From contig OZ365113.1 of NCBI GenBank assembly GCA_977030845.1, positions 21,266,001 to 21,330,000 on the forward strand: DNA of 64,000 nt, in the 5' to 3' direction. The translations under genes and the position numbers were made by a program. Shown here in pieces: positions 63,958-64,000 of this stretch; positions within the stretch are counted from its first letter, which is position 1; each line of letters starts with the position of its first letter. Source of the DNA: Fimbriosthenelais zetlandica (Eukaryota). The notes under the pieces are model-generated. The model had not been told where the DNA came from, made no database searches, and was given only the letters and a program-made list of their open reading frames with translations.

Positions 63958-64000
63958 CCTAAGGTGGTCATCAATGCCCTCAGCCTGTTATCCGAGTGAC
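63958..64000 (+). CDS. Possible further exon of the secreted protein, running off the window end
   Basis: Acceptor aatctgttctccag. In phase 2 (matching the 61240-61301 candidate) it reads SLRWSSMPSACYPSD and is open to the edge. Confidence 0.25.

Noticed and set aside
1-64000. Remaining 60-125 aa ORFs in the supplied track; rRNA, tRNA, known miRNAs, CRISPR arrays
   Set aside because: The ORFs have sizes and compositions expected from random AT-rich DNA, many with non-ATG starts. I saw no rRNA or tRNA structure, no match to conserved miRNAs I could recall, and no repeat-spacer array.

Overview
Eukaryotic genomic DNA, AT-rich and mostly non-coding, consistent with an invertebrate animal (lineage not determinable by eye). 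Three protein-coding loci are supportable. (1) An intronless single-pass membrane protein of unknown family on + (1115-1879). (2) The first coding exon of 5-aminolevulinate synthase (ALAS) on - (CDS 39953-39809: mitochondrial presequence with two Cys-Pro heme-regulatory motifs). Its probable untranslated first exon near 50.7 kb carries an iron-responsive-element-like hairpin. I found no ALAS catalytic exons in the 39.8 kb downstream. (3) A multi-exon gene on + (about 51.4 kb to the window end or beyond) encoding a His/Tyr-rich secreted or type II membrane protein, head-to-head with ALAS. The most interesting structure is the 50.7-50.8 kb segment, where an IRE-like hairpin, an ETS/CRE motif and three TATA/Inr-like pairs on both strands overlap. 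A second promoter-like cluster (RFX, CRE, CCAAT, GC box) at 35.2-35.4 kb precedes a phase-compatible alternative first exon. Nearly all other ORFs in the supplied track look like noise. All exon models and motifs were read manually; no database search was run.
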